Virus record (IMG/VR): IMGVR_UViG_3300045241_000059
Location: 1 to 43,218 of that record
Source: a virus
Length of the DNA stretch: 43,218 nt
Reading direction: 5' to 3' (one strand)
Shown: in pieces, positions 16,848-24,395 of the stretch
Layout of the letters: the number at the start of each line of letters is the position of its first letter
Position numbering within the stretch: position 1 is the stretch's first letter
Translations under genes and position numbers: made by a program
Notes under the pieces: generated by a model
Database searches by the model: none
The model's input: only the letters and a program-made list of their open reading frames with translations
Told to the model about the DNA's origin: nothing

Positions 16848-18019
16848 GACACCGCCTCCAGCTCCTGCTTGCGCAGTGCCTCGAGCGTGCGCTCGAGCAC
16901 GTCACCCGCAATGGAAGCGTCACGGGGGAACATGTCGGCCAAGGTGGGGAGGAACTTGTCCCACACCGCAATGGCCTGCGCGCTGGTGGAGCAGTCCGCC
17001 AGCCTGTCGGAGATGTATGTGAGATACATCTCCGAGTCCTCGGGCGTTGGCGCTTGCTTGTTCCGATCAAGGAACGACGGGATGCCGTCGTAAGGCCCGT
17101 CATGTGCCTCCAGATCTTGCATCGCTGGCGGCTTGGCGGCGGTCTCCTTGAGGATCAGCTTTTTGCGCGCGCTCTCGATGTTGGGCAGGATGCGCTCGTA
17201 GATTTTTGGCGCAGCTTTTTTGACCTCGTCCAGATGCGCGTAATTGGCGCGCTGCCACTGATCGATCTCGACCAGCGTTTGCGCGCCATTGAGTGCCGCG
17301 ATGTAGCTGGCACCCCAGGCGATCATGCGGCGCCATGGCGTGTCGCCTGCCGGCAACGGCAACTCGCGCGGCCCCACCTCGCCAGTCACCGGGTCGTGCT
17401 CCGGTGGCCGTTCGACCGTCACCGGCGCGATCGGCGAGATCTCGCTCGCCGGCGCCGGCTGGTTTGAGTTGGCGGCCTCGGCCGGAAACTCCTCCGGCGA
17501 CCAGACGCCGAGCATCAGCTCGGGCACATGGCGGCGCGCCCACACGCGGCTCCCGTGATACATCAGCTGCTGGTCGGGCTGGGTCTTCCAGACCGCGGCA
17601 TTGGTGCGGGCATCGCGCAGGATCACTGCCACGGTGCGCGCCGCCTTCTCGCCGCGGACCTTGCCACTGACCGTGATCGTGCGGGTCTCGCCAGTGCCCG
17701 CGTAATCAAAGCTCAGCCGCTCCTCGAGCCCGCCGCGCGAGTTGACGACAGCGGCAACGAGCTTGCCGCCATACATCAGCTTGCCTTGGATGACGCTACA
17801 CTCCTGCGCCACCGCGAACGGGTCCATCTGCCAGCGCACCGCCTGCTGGATCACCATCAGGCAGTCGGCTGGACTGTCGCGCAGCGCAACCGGCACCAGC
17901 TTGCTGCTCGCCATCATGTTAGCGAGCTGCATCGCCTCCGCGAGCGTGGTCGGCACCAGCCCCTGTGCGACCGGCGGCGCCGGCGGCACGTAGGGGGCAA
18001 CATTGTTTGTCGCGGTCAT
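16844..18019 (-). CDS. recT: RecT-family single-strand annealing recombinase with a long C-terminal extension
   Basis: The N-terminal half (MQLANMMASSKLVPVAL...DPFAVAQECSVIQGKLMYGGKLVAAVVNSRGG) is RecT-like. It is paired with a YqaJ exonuclease upstream. Confidence 0.7.
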   Translation of the reverse strand: MTATNNVAPYVPPAPPVAQGLVPTTLAEAMQLANMMASSKLVPVALRDSPADCLMVIQQAVRWQMDPFAVAQECSVIQGKLMYGGKLVAAVVNSRGGLEERLSFDYAGTGETRTITVSGKVRGEKAARTVAVILRDARTNAAVWKTQPDQQLMYHGSRVWARRHVPELMLGVWSPEEFPAEAANSNQPAPASEISPIAPVTVERPPEHDPVTGEVGPRELPLPAGDTPWRRMIAWGASYIAALNGAQTLVEIDQWQRANYAHLDEVKKAAPKIYERILPNIESARKKLILKETAAKPPAMQDLEAHDGPYDGIPSFLDRNKQAPTPEDSEMYLTYISDRLADCSTSAQAIAVWDKFLPTLADMFPRDASIAGDVLERTLEALRKQELEAVS

Positions 18020-18291
18020 GTGCGGTGTCCTTTGTGTGAACTCTTTCGGTTAGCGCCGCCTTGAGCAGCCATCTCTTTGGCATCTCGGATCATGTCTTCG
18101 CGCAACTCGCACCATTCTGGTGTATTTCCAGAATGGCCTAGCCGCCGCTGTGGCCTTTTATGAGTGCATGTGTCGCCAGCGCGGAACACACACCATGCGC
18201 ACATGGCGCGAAATGACCCGTCGTCCTCATGCCTTACGATGGGGCCGAATGATCGTTTATCTGAGTGGTTCATCGGGTCAGACCAATCCAA
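18016..18291 (-). CDS. Hypothetical Cys-containing protein
   Basis: 91-aa ORF with a TTG start in the track. An internal ATG at 18273 is an alternative start. Confidence 0.4.
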   Translation of the reverse strand: MDWSDPMNHSDKRSFGPIVRHEDDGSFRAMCAWCVFRAGDTCTHKRPQRRLGHSGNTPEWCELREDMIRDAKEMAAQGGANRKSSHKGHRT

Positions 18292-18371
18292 GCCGATTGC
18301 ATCGAAACGGCAAACAAAACGACCGCGGTGGCCCAGAGAATGGCTTCCAATATCCTCATCGAACGCGCTTC

Positions 18372-18647
18372 CTAATCTGGATAGACGTACATTTTCAGCT
18401 TGTCATCCCAACGGCGTGCGGGCGACGAACTGTCGGGAGCCACCACGTATTTCACCGGCTCTCTGCCGCACTCCACGCAGGTTTCATAAACATTGTCCTT
18501 GCACCAAGTTCGCCCGCCGTCGTTCGAGCAATCATACTTGTCGCAACCATCGCACCATGGCGCTAGCCAGATGATTGGGTGGCGCTGCTCATTGATGTCC
18601 ATCGGCGAGATTTCAAGGTCGGTGGTGTCGGGCATGACGGATTTCAT
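18372..18647 (-). CDS. Hypothetical Cys-rich (zinc-binding-like) protein
   Basis: Contains WCDGCDKYDCSNDGGRTWCKDNVYETCVECG. ATG start. Confidence 0.5.
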   Translation of the reverse strand: MKSVMPDTTDLEISPMDINEQRHPIIWLAPWCDGCDKYDCSNDGGRTWCKDNVYETCVECGREPVKYVVAPDSSSPARRWDDKLKMYVYPD

Positions 18648-18818
18648 TTACGGTCCTTGAATTTGTTTAGGCGGCCACGCTTGGCGTCCTTGTAGCCGTC
18701 CAGATACCAGTTGTGCTCGCCACGCATGTAGGCAAGTTCAATCGCCCCCATGACTTTCGCGATCTATGCGGTGCCGGCTGTTCCACTTGTCCAGCAGGTC
18801 TGCGACGTTGGGCGTCAT
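18644..18818 (-). pseudogene. Small ORF split by a frame change at a C5/G5 homopolymer
   Basis: A 26-aa ORF (18818-18738) and a 35-aa ORF (18751-18644) would join into one 60-aa ORF if one G of the run at 18745-18749 were removed. Confidence 0.3.
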
Positions 18819-18858
18819 GTATTCGCGGGGCCTTACGGCAACAGATTTCTTCACAGGA

Positions 18859-19647
18859 TCAGCCCTCCCGAAGTGACAAGCGACCGGCGCGGTCGCGATT
18901 GATCGTGACGCCTGCGCCGTGACAGCGCGCGGCATCAGCTGGCACCAGTGCCTTGAGTTCTTTCTCGGCGCTCGTCGCCTTCTTGGCGCTCACGCGGTGC
19001 TCAAGCCACACCGCGGCTTCGGAGCCCCAAACATTGTTGCCGCTCATGTCGTAGATCATGACCGGCTTGACCGGTGCCGCGACCGGCGCCGAAAATGTTT
19101 GCACCGGTGGCGTGAGTTCTCGCACACACTGCATGAACGCAGCCGCGCGCCGCATCAGCTCAGCGGCATAGCCGGCATCGAACGGCACCCGCTCGATCGT
19201 GGGCTCGCTCGCGCCCATGATCACCGACAGCGCACACTCCCGCGCGCCGGTGACCAACATCTGCCACTGCATCTGCGGCTGATAGCGCGCGACGATCACC
19301 TCGAACTTTTCGAAGCCACCGACGTGCTTGCACTCGATTGGACAATTGTTGACGACATCCCAGCCGTCGAGTGTTGCCGCCATCCATTCGTGCTGGCCGA
19401 TCACGACCTCGCCGCGGCGCGTGATCGCGCCGTGCTTGCGCTCGTACCACTCCAAATTCAGACCTTCGGTGGTGGAGCCGAGCTGCACCGCCCACACGGC
19501 GGACAAGTCCTCCGGCACGTAGTCGGGATCGCCGACCATTTCGCGCCATAGATTGAGTACAGCTTGCTCGTCGCCGGTCATCAAGCAGGCGACGCGCGAG
19601 GCAGTCAGGCGGCCCTCACGGGCTGCCAGTTGGGTTGGGCTTAACAT
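18859..19647 (-). CDS. YqaJ-like (lambda Exo-type) recombination exonuclease
   Basis: MLSPTQLAAREGRLTASRVACLMTG..., PD-(D/E)xK context LDGWDVVNNCPIECKHV. Start at ATG 19647, preceded by GAGGAG. Confidence 0.75.
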   Translation of the reverse strand: MLSPTQLAAREGRLTASRVACLMTGDEQAVLNLWREMVGDPDYVPEDLSAVWAVQLGSTTEGLNLEWYERKHGAITRRGEVVIGQHEWMAATLDGWDVVNNCPIECKHVGGFEKFEVIVARYQPQMQWQMLVTGARECALSVIMGASEPTIERVPFDAGYAAELMRRAAAFMQCVRELTPPVQTFSAPVAAPVKPVMIYDMSGNNVWGSEAAVWLEHRVSAKKATSAEKELKALVPADAARCHGAGVTINRDRAGRLSLREG

Positions 19648-19933
19648 TTGTGATCTCCTCGATTTTTGCGGTGAACGCGAGAATGCGAGCGCACAGCGCG
19701 CGCGCGCCGGCTGGGTGCATGTCGAGAAAGCGAGTCTGCTTGCCGATGCCAGGCTCAAGGCACAGCGTGACGATCGGAACGAGGTCGTCATCGACGCCGG
19801 CCGCCAAGCTGACGACGGTGCCCTCGTCGCCACTATCCGCAGAGGCAAACTCGAAGGTTTGGCTTTCGATGGCTTCGAGCTTTTCAGCGGTGACTTTGGC
19901 GGCGGAGGCCTGCAGCTGCTCCAGCAAGGTCAT
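19616..19933 (-). CDS. Hypothetical acidic protein
   Basis: 105-aa ORF with ATG start. It is the first gene downstream of the paired palindromic operators. Confidence 0.5.
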   Translation of the reverse strand: MTLLEQLQASAAKVTAEKLEAIESQTFEFASADSGDEGTVVSLAAGVDDDLVPIVTLCLEPGIGKQTRFLDMHPAGARALCARILAFTAKIEEITNVKPNPTGSP

Positions 19934-19969
19934 AGGGACATTCTCCTGGTGAGGGGACCAAGAGAATCT

Positions 19970-20008
19970 CTACAAGATGTAGACATACTAGGCAACTACA
20001 ATTTGTAG
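19970..20008. promoter_or_regulatory. Two palindromic operators, CTACAAGATGTAG and CTACAATTTGTAG
   Basis: Perfect 13-bp palindromes at 19970-19982 and 19996-20008, with centres 26 bp apart. Confidence 0.6.
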
Positions 20009-20227
20009 CTAGCAGGCGTCTTTTTTGTCGCTGGGTTCCACCTGCGCGAACAGCTTTTGCAGGTGGCGATAGCGCGTCATGATCGCGTCGATGCCGGCCC
20101 GCACGCACATCTGGCGTATGGCTTGGCGTGACGTGTCGATCTGCGCGGCGGCCTCGGCATGTGTGATTAATCCCTTGCGCATCAGTTCCAATGCGCGGAT
20201 TTGTGCGCTAGACTTCCTGGTCGTCAT
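20009..20227 (-). CDS. Small helix-turn-helix DNA-binding protein
   Basis: 72 aa, containing ITHAEAAAQIDTSRQAIRQMCVRAGID. Confidence 0.55.
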   Translation of the reverse strand: MTTRKSSAQIRALELMRKGLITHAEAAAQIDTSRQAIRQMCVRAGIDAIMTRYRHLQKLFAQVEPSDKKDAC

Positions 20228-20282
20228 TGTGTTGCCTCTGGGTTGTTAAGCCTTTCGGGCTCAGATGCGCGGGCATTGACGC

Positions 20283-20319
20283 GGGGCGGTCCTTTGCGGG
20301 GGCCGCCCCACCCTTTTTT
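20283..20319 (+). terminator. Intrinsic-terminator-like hairpin plus T6, oriented on the plus strand
   Basis: GGGGCGG (20283-20289) pairs with CCGCCCC (20303-20309), followed by ACCCTTTTTT. In the minus sense the loop contains CCGCAAA. Confidence 0.4.
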
Positions 20320-20326
20320 CGACGCG

Positions 20327-20620
20327 CTAGGCCACGCCATCCATTGGGCCATAGCGCTGCTCGTACTCTTTGCAGAAGGCCGCAAGCTCAGACGCAAGCG
20401 ACTGACCTATTTGCTCAAGGGCTGACGGGTCCGCTTCCTTAGTCTCGTACACCCCGTCCTTACCCACCTCGTAAAGCCCCATCAGGATGACGAACATGTG
20501 CCGCGCGCCCATCATGAAGGCCACGCGAAGATTGTCCGGCCCCGTCGGTAATGCGCGGGATGCCTCCCACATATCCCATCCCCTCTCGATCAGGTCGTGA
20601 TCGTTCAGGGCGTCAGTCAT
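20327..20620 (-). CDS. Hypothetical protein
   Basis: 97-aa ORF with an ATGA overlap to the upstream gene. Confidence 0.55.
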   Translation of the reverse strand: MTDALNDHDLIERGWDMWEASRALPTGPDNLRVAFMMGARHMFVILMGLYEVGKDGVYETKEADPSALEQIGQSLASELAAFCKEYEQRYGPMDGVA

Positions 20621-20847
20621 CGCGCTTCCTCCAGCTTGTCGATGCGGCGCGCTATCGACGCGACCTGATTTGCGAGCGCGTGTACTTGGGCCGCGATCAC
20701 TTTTACCTCGGCCCCGATCAGGGCCACGCTCGCCTCGACCTTGGTCATGCGGGCGCCGAGCACGAGCATCTCGTCGCGCATTGCGCCTTGCTCGGAGAGC
20801 ACGCGCTCGAGCTGCTTGGCGATAAATTCCAGGGTGATTTCTACCAT
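20617..20847 (-). CDS. Hypothetical coiled-coil protein
   Basis: 76-aa ORF preceded by a GGAAAGGAACC ribosome-binding site and the CCCGCAAAC motif. Confidence 0.55.
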   Translation of the reverse strand: MVEITLEFIAKQLERVLSEQGAMRDEMLVLGARMTKVEASVALIGAEVKVIAAQVHALANQVASIARRIDKLEEAR

Positions 20848-20886
20848 CGTGGTTCCTTTCCGTTTGCGGGCCAGTCTACGTTATGT

Positions 20887-21090
20887 TTACCGCCGCGGCA
20901 CCCCTGGCGGCAACGGCAACCGCTGGAACCCCAGCTCGTCAAACACCTCGTCGATGCGCTGTTGCGGGGTTTTCTCGCCAGACGTTGCGGCGGTGGTGGG
21001 TGACCTGTTGAGGCCCATAACCATGCCGTGAACGAGACCTATGATGCCCGCCGCGATGGCGGCGATAGCGATCAGTGATGGTATTCGCAT
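20887..21090 (-). CDS. Small membrane protein
   Basis: MRIPSLIAIAAIAAGIIGLVHGMVMGL... Start at ATG 21090 after GAAAGGAACC. Confidence 0.55.
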   Translation of the reverse strand: MRIPSLIAIAAIAAGIIGLVHGMVMGLNRSPTTAATSGEKTPQQRIDEVFDELGFQRLPLPPGVPRR

Positions 21091-21110
21091 GCTCGGTTCC
21101 TTTCGGTTTA

Positions 21111-21127
21111 GCCCGTTTGCGGCGGGC
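21111..21127 (-). promoter_or_regulatory. Hairpin with CCGCAAA loop
   Basis: In the minus sense, GCCCG-CCGCAAA-CGGGC, about 20 nt upstream of the ribosome-binding site of the 21090 gene. Confidence 0.5.
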
Positions 21128-21138
21128 ATGGTTGGGAC

Positions 21139-21167
21139 TTGCCACGTTGTGTAGAAAGGCGCATTAT
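21139..21167 (+). promoter_or_regulatory. Sigma70-like promoter candidate (TTGCCA-17 nt-CATTAT)
   Basis: The hexamers have 17-nt spacing. The spacer contains CGTTGTGTAGAAAGG, which resembles the half-site CGTTATGTAGAAGG in the immunity region. Confidence 0.35.
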
Positions 21168-21241
21168 GTGGATAGCAGTTTGTGCGGGACCCCCCTCTAC
21201 AGCATCCGCACAAAGGAAGCGTCCTTCGCACAGGGACGCAT

Positions 21242-21279
21242 GGGGCGCAGCCGGAATTTCGCCGCGTCGGCTGCGCCCC
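21242..21279 (+). promoter_or_regulatory. 12-bp perfect GC-rich hairpin in the leader of the 21300 gene
   Basis: GGGGCGCAGCCG (21242-21253) pairs with CGGCTGCGCCCC (21268-21279), 20 nt before the ATG. Confidence 0.45.
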
Positions 21280-21299
21280 TACCGTTTCATGAGGCAAAC

Positions 21300-21497
21300 A
21301 TGATCAGCGGCAAGCAGCGGCTGCAAAACCTGCGAACCAAGGTCAACATCATCGCGCGCCGCAACCTGCGGGACTTCTTGGCCGGCCGTCTGGGCGTCAT
21401 GCCGTGCTCCGGTGATCAGCTTGACGACGAGGTTGCTAAAGAGTTCGAGCGTCTGGAGTTACATGAGCATCAATTGCCGCCTTCGCCTGGTCGCTGA
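21300..21497 (+). CDS. Small hypothetical protein on the opposite strand to the early operon
   Basis: 65 aa. ATG follows GAGG with a 7-nt spacer. The 3' end overlaps the convergent HD-like gene. Confidence 0.45.
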   Translation: MISGKQRLQNLRTKVNIIARRNLRDFLAGRLGVMPCSGDQLDDEVAKEFERLELHEHQLPPSPGR

Positions 21498-21936
21498 TGT
21501 CGCTGTCGCGCAGCTTAGCAAGCCAGCGGCTTGTGCTGCCTTGTTCGAGCAGGTTTGCCGCCTCGATCTCGCGCAGGATGCGCCGCACTGGCTGATCCTC
21601 TGCCACTATAAGCCACTCGGCTGGAGATTTTATTTCCTCGAAAAGAGATCTTGGCCGGTCGATCGTGCAGAACAGAAATGCCGGATATTCTGCTTGGTGG
21701 CCAATCAGCCTCTGGATTGTAGCGCGATCCGTCAGTGGCCAAGCCTTGTGATGGAAATGCACGGTCCCATAGATCGAATGAAACAGGCCGGCATTGCAAA
21801 TGTCCTCGCTGTTGCCCCACCGTTGCAACAGGTCGTGGGTCCCGACGAGGTGATCAAACAAGCTCCGCCCGCTATGGCGCGTCTGGTCCGCCTTCGCTTG
21901 CGCGATCAGAAACTGTGTCAGCTTCGACTCGATCAT
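21436..21936 (-). CDS. HD-like / DUF-type putative phosphohydrolase
   Basis: Contains HSGRSLFDHLVGTHDLLQRWG...NAGLFHSIYGT. 166 aa. Confidence 0.45.
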   Translation of the reverse strand: MIESKLTQFLIAQAKADQTRHSGRSLFDHLVGTHDLLQRWGNSEDICNAGLFHSIYGTVHFHHKAWPLTDRATIQRLIGHQAEYPAFLFCTIDRPRSLFEEIKSPAEWLIVAEDQPVRRILREIEAANLLEQGSTSRWLAKLRDSDISDQAKAAIDAHVTPDARTL

Positions 21937-22573
21937 GTTTGGCGATCCGAGTTTTGAACATCAATGTAATCCGCAGCTCCGGACACGTCCGGCTCACACC
22001 GCGCGCAACATGCGGCATGTTGCCAGGGAAAACCAATAGCCGATTGGGGCGCGGGTAGATGGTCGCGACAATGTCGTCGCGGGCATCATTGAAAATCAGC
22101 GTTTCGCCGCCCCAATTCGGGTCCCATGCCGTATGCGGGTAATAGATCGCGGTGTAGTGTCCTTCGCGCTTGGCGTCGGTGTGGATGGTCCCCTCCCCGC
22201 CAAAGCAGGACCCGTTCGCGTAACAGCGCAGCAATTCGTGGCCGCGATAGAATTCCATGCGCCGCAGCCACTGCCAGAACCGGAATAAAACCGGCGAGGT
22301 TTTTTCCAGCTCGCCGGCACATTCGTAGGGCTTGTCGTTCGCGCCGCTGCGATGGCCAGCAAAGTGCATATGCCAAAACGCGAACTGATCGGTTTTCGGC
22401 GAGGACTTCCAGCCAAACGTCCAGCGGCCATGGCGCAAGTAGTTCCGCACCGAAGCATGCTGATACTCGTCGAGCAGCCCATCGATCACGACAACGCCAG
22501 GCGCCAGCGTGCGGATCGACCTTGCGGGCGCTTCCGCCGCTGGCACGTCAGGTGCATCAATCGTTGTCGTCAC
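21872..22573 (-). CDS. 2OG-Fe(II) oxygenase (prolyl-4-hydroxylase-like)
   Basis: HxD in GTIHTDAK, distal His in GNMPHVARG, Arg in RITLMF, and GGETLIF. Confidence 0.65.
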   Translation of the reverse strand: MTTTIDAPDVPAAEAPARSIRTLAPGVVVIDGLLDEYQHASVRNYLRHGRWTFGWKSSPKTDQFAFWHMHFAGHRSGANDKPYECAGELEKTSPVLFRFWQWLRRMEFYRGHELLRCYANGSCFGGEGTIHTDAKREGHYTAIYYPHTAWDPNWGGETLIFNDARDDIVATIYPRPNRLLVFPGNMPHVARGVSRTCPELRITLMFKTRIAKHDRVEADTVSDRASEGGPDAP

Positions 22574-22860
22574 GGCTTGCCCTCGAGTTCGCGCAGGCGA
22601 GAATTAACACCGCTCATCCAGCGATGGATAGCGGAAAATTCCGCGACCAGACTCGATAGCGTCGTATCCACGCGCATGGCCATTGCTGAGGTAACGTGCA
22701 GATCATCGCGCAAGATCCGCACGTCGCCACGCAAAGTTTGCACGTCGCGCTGTAGTATTTCAATCGACTTGCCCAATAACGGGATGCCGTCGAGAAATGG
22801 TTGTTGGGCGTCGAGCTTGTGATTGATTGCCGCCAGCGCGGCCGCAAGTTCAGGGTCCAT
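22570..22860 (-). CDS. Hypothetical coiled-coil protein
   Basis: 96-aa ORF with an ATGA-type overlap to the next gene. Confidence 0.5.
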   Translation of the reverse strand: MDPELAAALAAINHKLDAQQPFLDGIPLLGKSIEILQRDVQTLRGDVRILRDDLHVTSAMAMRVDTTLSSLVAEFSAIHRWMSGVNSRLRELEGKP

Positions 22861-22910
22861 TGGTCCATCCTCCGGTCAGGTGTCGAATATACCACATACC
22901 GTTGCCGCCG

Positions 22911-23015
22911 CTACCACAGGGCCAAGAGCGCGAGCGCGATGCCGAGCACGATCACGCCCTCGCCCAGGTAGAGCAGCGCCAGCACGGCGTACTCGGCTTT
23001 TTGGTTGCGCGTCAT
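22911..23015 (-). CDS. Small single-pass membrane peptide (34 aa)
   Basis: MTRNQKAEYAVLALLYLGEGVIVLGIALALLALW. ATGA overlap with the upstream stop. Confidence 0.4.
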   Translation of the reverse strand: MTRNQKAEYAVLALLYLGEGVIVLGIALALLALW

Positions 23016-23239
23016 TGGCGATTTGGTTCGCTGTTATCGCGCCAAGATGGACGCGGCGAGCGCCGCCAACGATGGTCGCGGCTTTCCATCAGCTGATTGA
23101 CTGTGTCGCACGCGGTATGGAATAGGTTGGCCTCGTCTTTCGACAGGTCGCCCATATCGGTACTCGCCATGCGGTTCATCTGGCGTGCGAGTGCGGCTAG
23201 CTTGCTATCGATCATCATTGCGTTCCATCCTTTCATCAC
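23012..23239 (-). CDS. Hypothetical protein
   Basis: 75-aa ORF. Confidence 0.45.
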   Translation of the reverse strand: MMKGWNAMMIDSKLAALARQMNRMASTDMGDLSKDEANLFHTACDTVNQLMESRDHRWRRSPRPSWRDNSEPNRQ

Positions 23240-23393
23240 GATAGCGCTGGTAGCGTTCGTCCGGATCCCGGTACAGCCCGCATGGGCAATCGGGATCGTC
23301 GCAGCCGCGCGGCGTCCTGACGGCGTTGTATCCCCCGCAGCGCGGGCATTCGTCGTCGCGCGGATCAGTGGTTTTCCAGTGGTCGTAGGTCAT
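23205..23393 (-). CDS. Small Cys-rich zinc-binding-like protein
   Basis: Contains ECPRCGGYN...DPDCPCG. Confidence 0.45.
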   Translation of the reverse strand: MTYDHWKTTDPRDDECPRCGGYNAVRTPRGCDDPDCPCGLYRDPDERYQRYRDERMERNDDR

Positions 23394-23671
23394 GGGGTAT
23401 TCCTCCTATGCATCTTCCGCCAAGGGCTCGGCATCATAATTCGCGAAACCGCCTGGCGAATCGTTACCGTGTCGGGGCGCTTGAAATCAGCGTCGTCAAA
23501 CGTCGCCCCATTGGTCTTGATTTCGGCTGTTGTGTTGTCGTTAAAGGTCAAATACAGGGTGCCCCATTTGACGTGGTAATCCTTCACGTCGTCCCATTCT
23601 TTCCCCTCCGGCAGGTCAAAAGTGGTGTCGGTTGTGAGCGTGTACGTTGTCGTTATCGACAGAGTATTCAT
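23390..23671 (-). CDS. Hypothetical protein
   Basis: Starts MNTLSITTTYTLTTDTTFDLPEGKEWDD at ATG 23671, after CCTGAAAGGACAC. Confidence 0.55.
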   Translation of the reverse strand: MNTLSITTTYTLTTDTTFDLPEGKEWDDVKDYHVKWGTLYLTFNDNTTAEIKTNGATFDDADFKRPDTVTIRQAVSRIMMPSPWRKMHRRNTP

Positions 23672-23697
23672 GGCTGAGTGTCCTTTCAGGTTGCGGG

Positions 23698-23865
23698 TTA
23701 GCTTGCGAAAAAGCGCAGTGTTGTGACGCACCAAACGCCCTCTATGCGTTGTATGCGCGGGCGGTCGCTATTGTCGAATTCGCCCATGAGGCGCATGTAG
23801 TCCAGACCCATTCGCGCCAGCATGCGCGATGCAAAGCGCGAGTAGACGATACGGCGCGTGATCAT
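23698..23865 (-). CDS. Small hypothetical protein (55 aa)
   Basis: Starts MITRRIVYSRFASRMLARMGLDYMRLMGEF. ATG follows GGAAAGGGAATAAGCC. Confidence 0.4.
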   Translation of the reverse strand: MITRRIVYSRFASRMLARMGLDYMRLMGEFDNSDRPRIQRIEGVWCVTTLRFFAS

Positions 23866-23962
23866 GGCTTATTCCCTTTCCGCCGTTATGGTCCTGATAA
23901 CGCGCTCGCCCATAGGGACAAGCACGCGGCTTTGTAGCCACGCGCGCGCGGCGTACAGTTGC

Positions 23963-24274
23963 TCACTGTGTTCTGTGAAGGCGCATGCGCGCACGCCGCC
24001 GTGAATGATCGGACCCTCGGGGGTGCCGTACCATCCGATCTCCCCCAAGGGCTTTAGCCTGATTGAACGTGAGGAACCGCATGGTTGGCCAATTGTGCTT
24101 TTGCGTGGCCATCCAAAGCAGCACTACGTTGCAGCCGGAATAGGGGCGGCCGGTACCGGCATTGTGCGGATGATTGCAGCCTGGCATAGCCGACCAAGGT
24201 TTAACCCAAGGCACGGCGCCGGTTTCTAGTTCAGCAACAATGCGGGCAGTGACTTCGCTGTAAATATCGCGCAT
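23963..24274 (-). CDS. ArdC N-terminal-domain-like (ssDNA-binding, DUF1738-type) protein, apparently truncated
   Basis: MRDIYSEVTARIVAELETGAVPWVKPWS...NAGTGRPYSGCNVVLLW...FLTFNQAKALGG, followed by an unrelated R-rich tail. Confidence 0.6.
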   Translation of the reverse strand: MRDIYSEVTARIVAELETGAVPWVKPWSAMPGCNHPHNAGTGRPYSGCNVVLLWMATQKHNWPTMRFLTFNQAKALGGDRMVRHPRGSDHSRRRARMRLHRTQ

Positions 24275-24297
24275 GGGGATAGCCTTCCTGGGTTTAA

Positions 24298-24341
24298 GCG
24301 CCGTTTGCGGCGGCGCGTGCGACGTTGTTTGCGGCAACGTC
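24298..24341 (-). promoter_or_regulatory. Two tandem hairpins, each with a CCGCAAA loop
   Basis: In the minus sense, GACGTTG-CCGCAAA-CAACGTC (24341-24321) and GCGCCG-CCGCAAA-CGGCGC (24316-24298). Confidence 0.55.
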
Positions 24342-24395
24342 TGAGCGGCATGGTGCCACTATGAGGCGGCGCGCATGGCGTCGCCCTTAGTGTCA

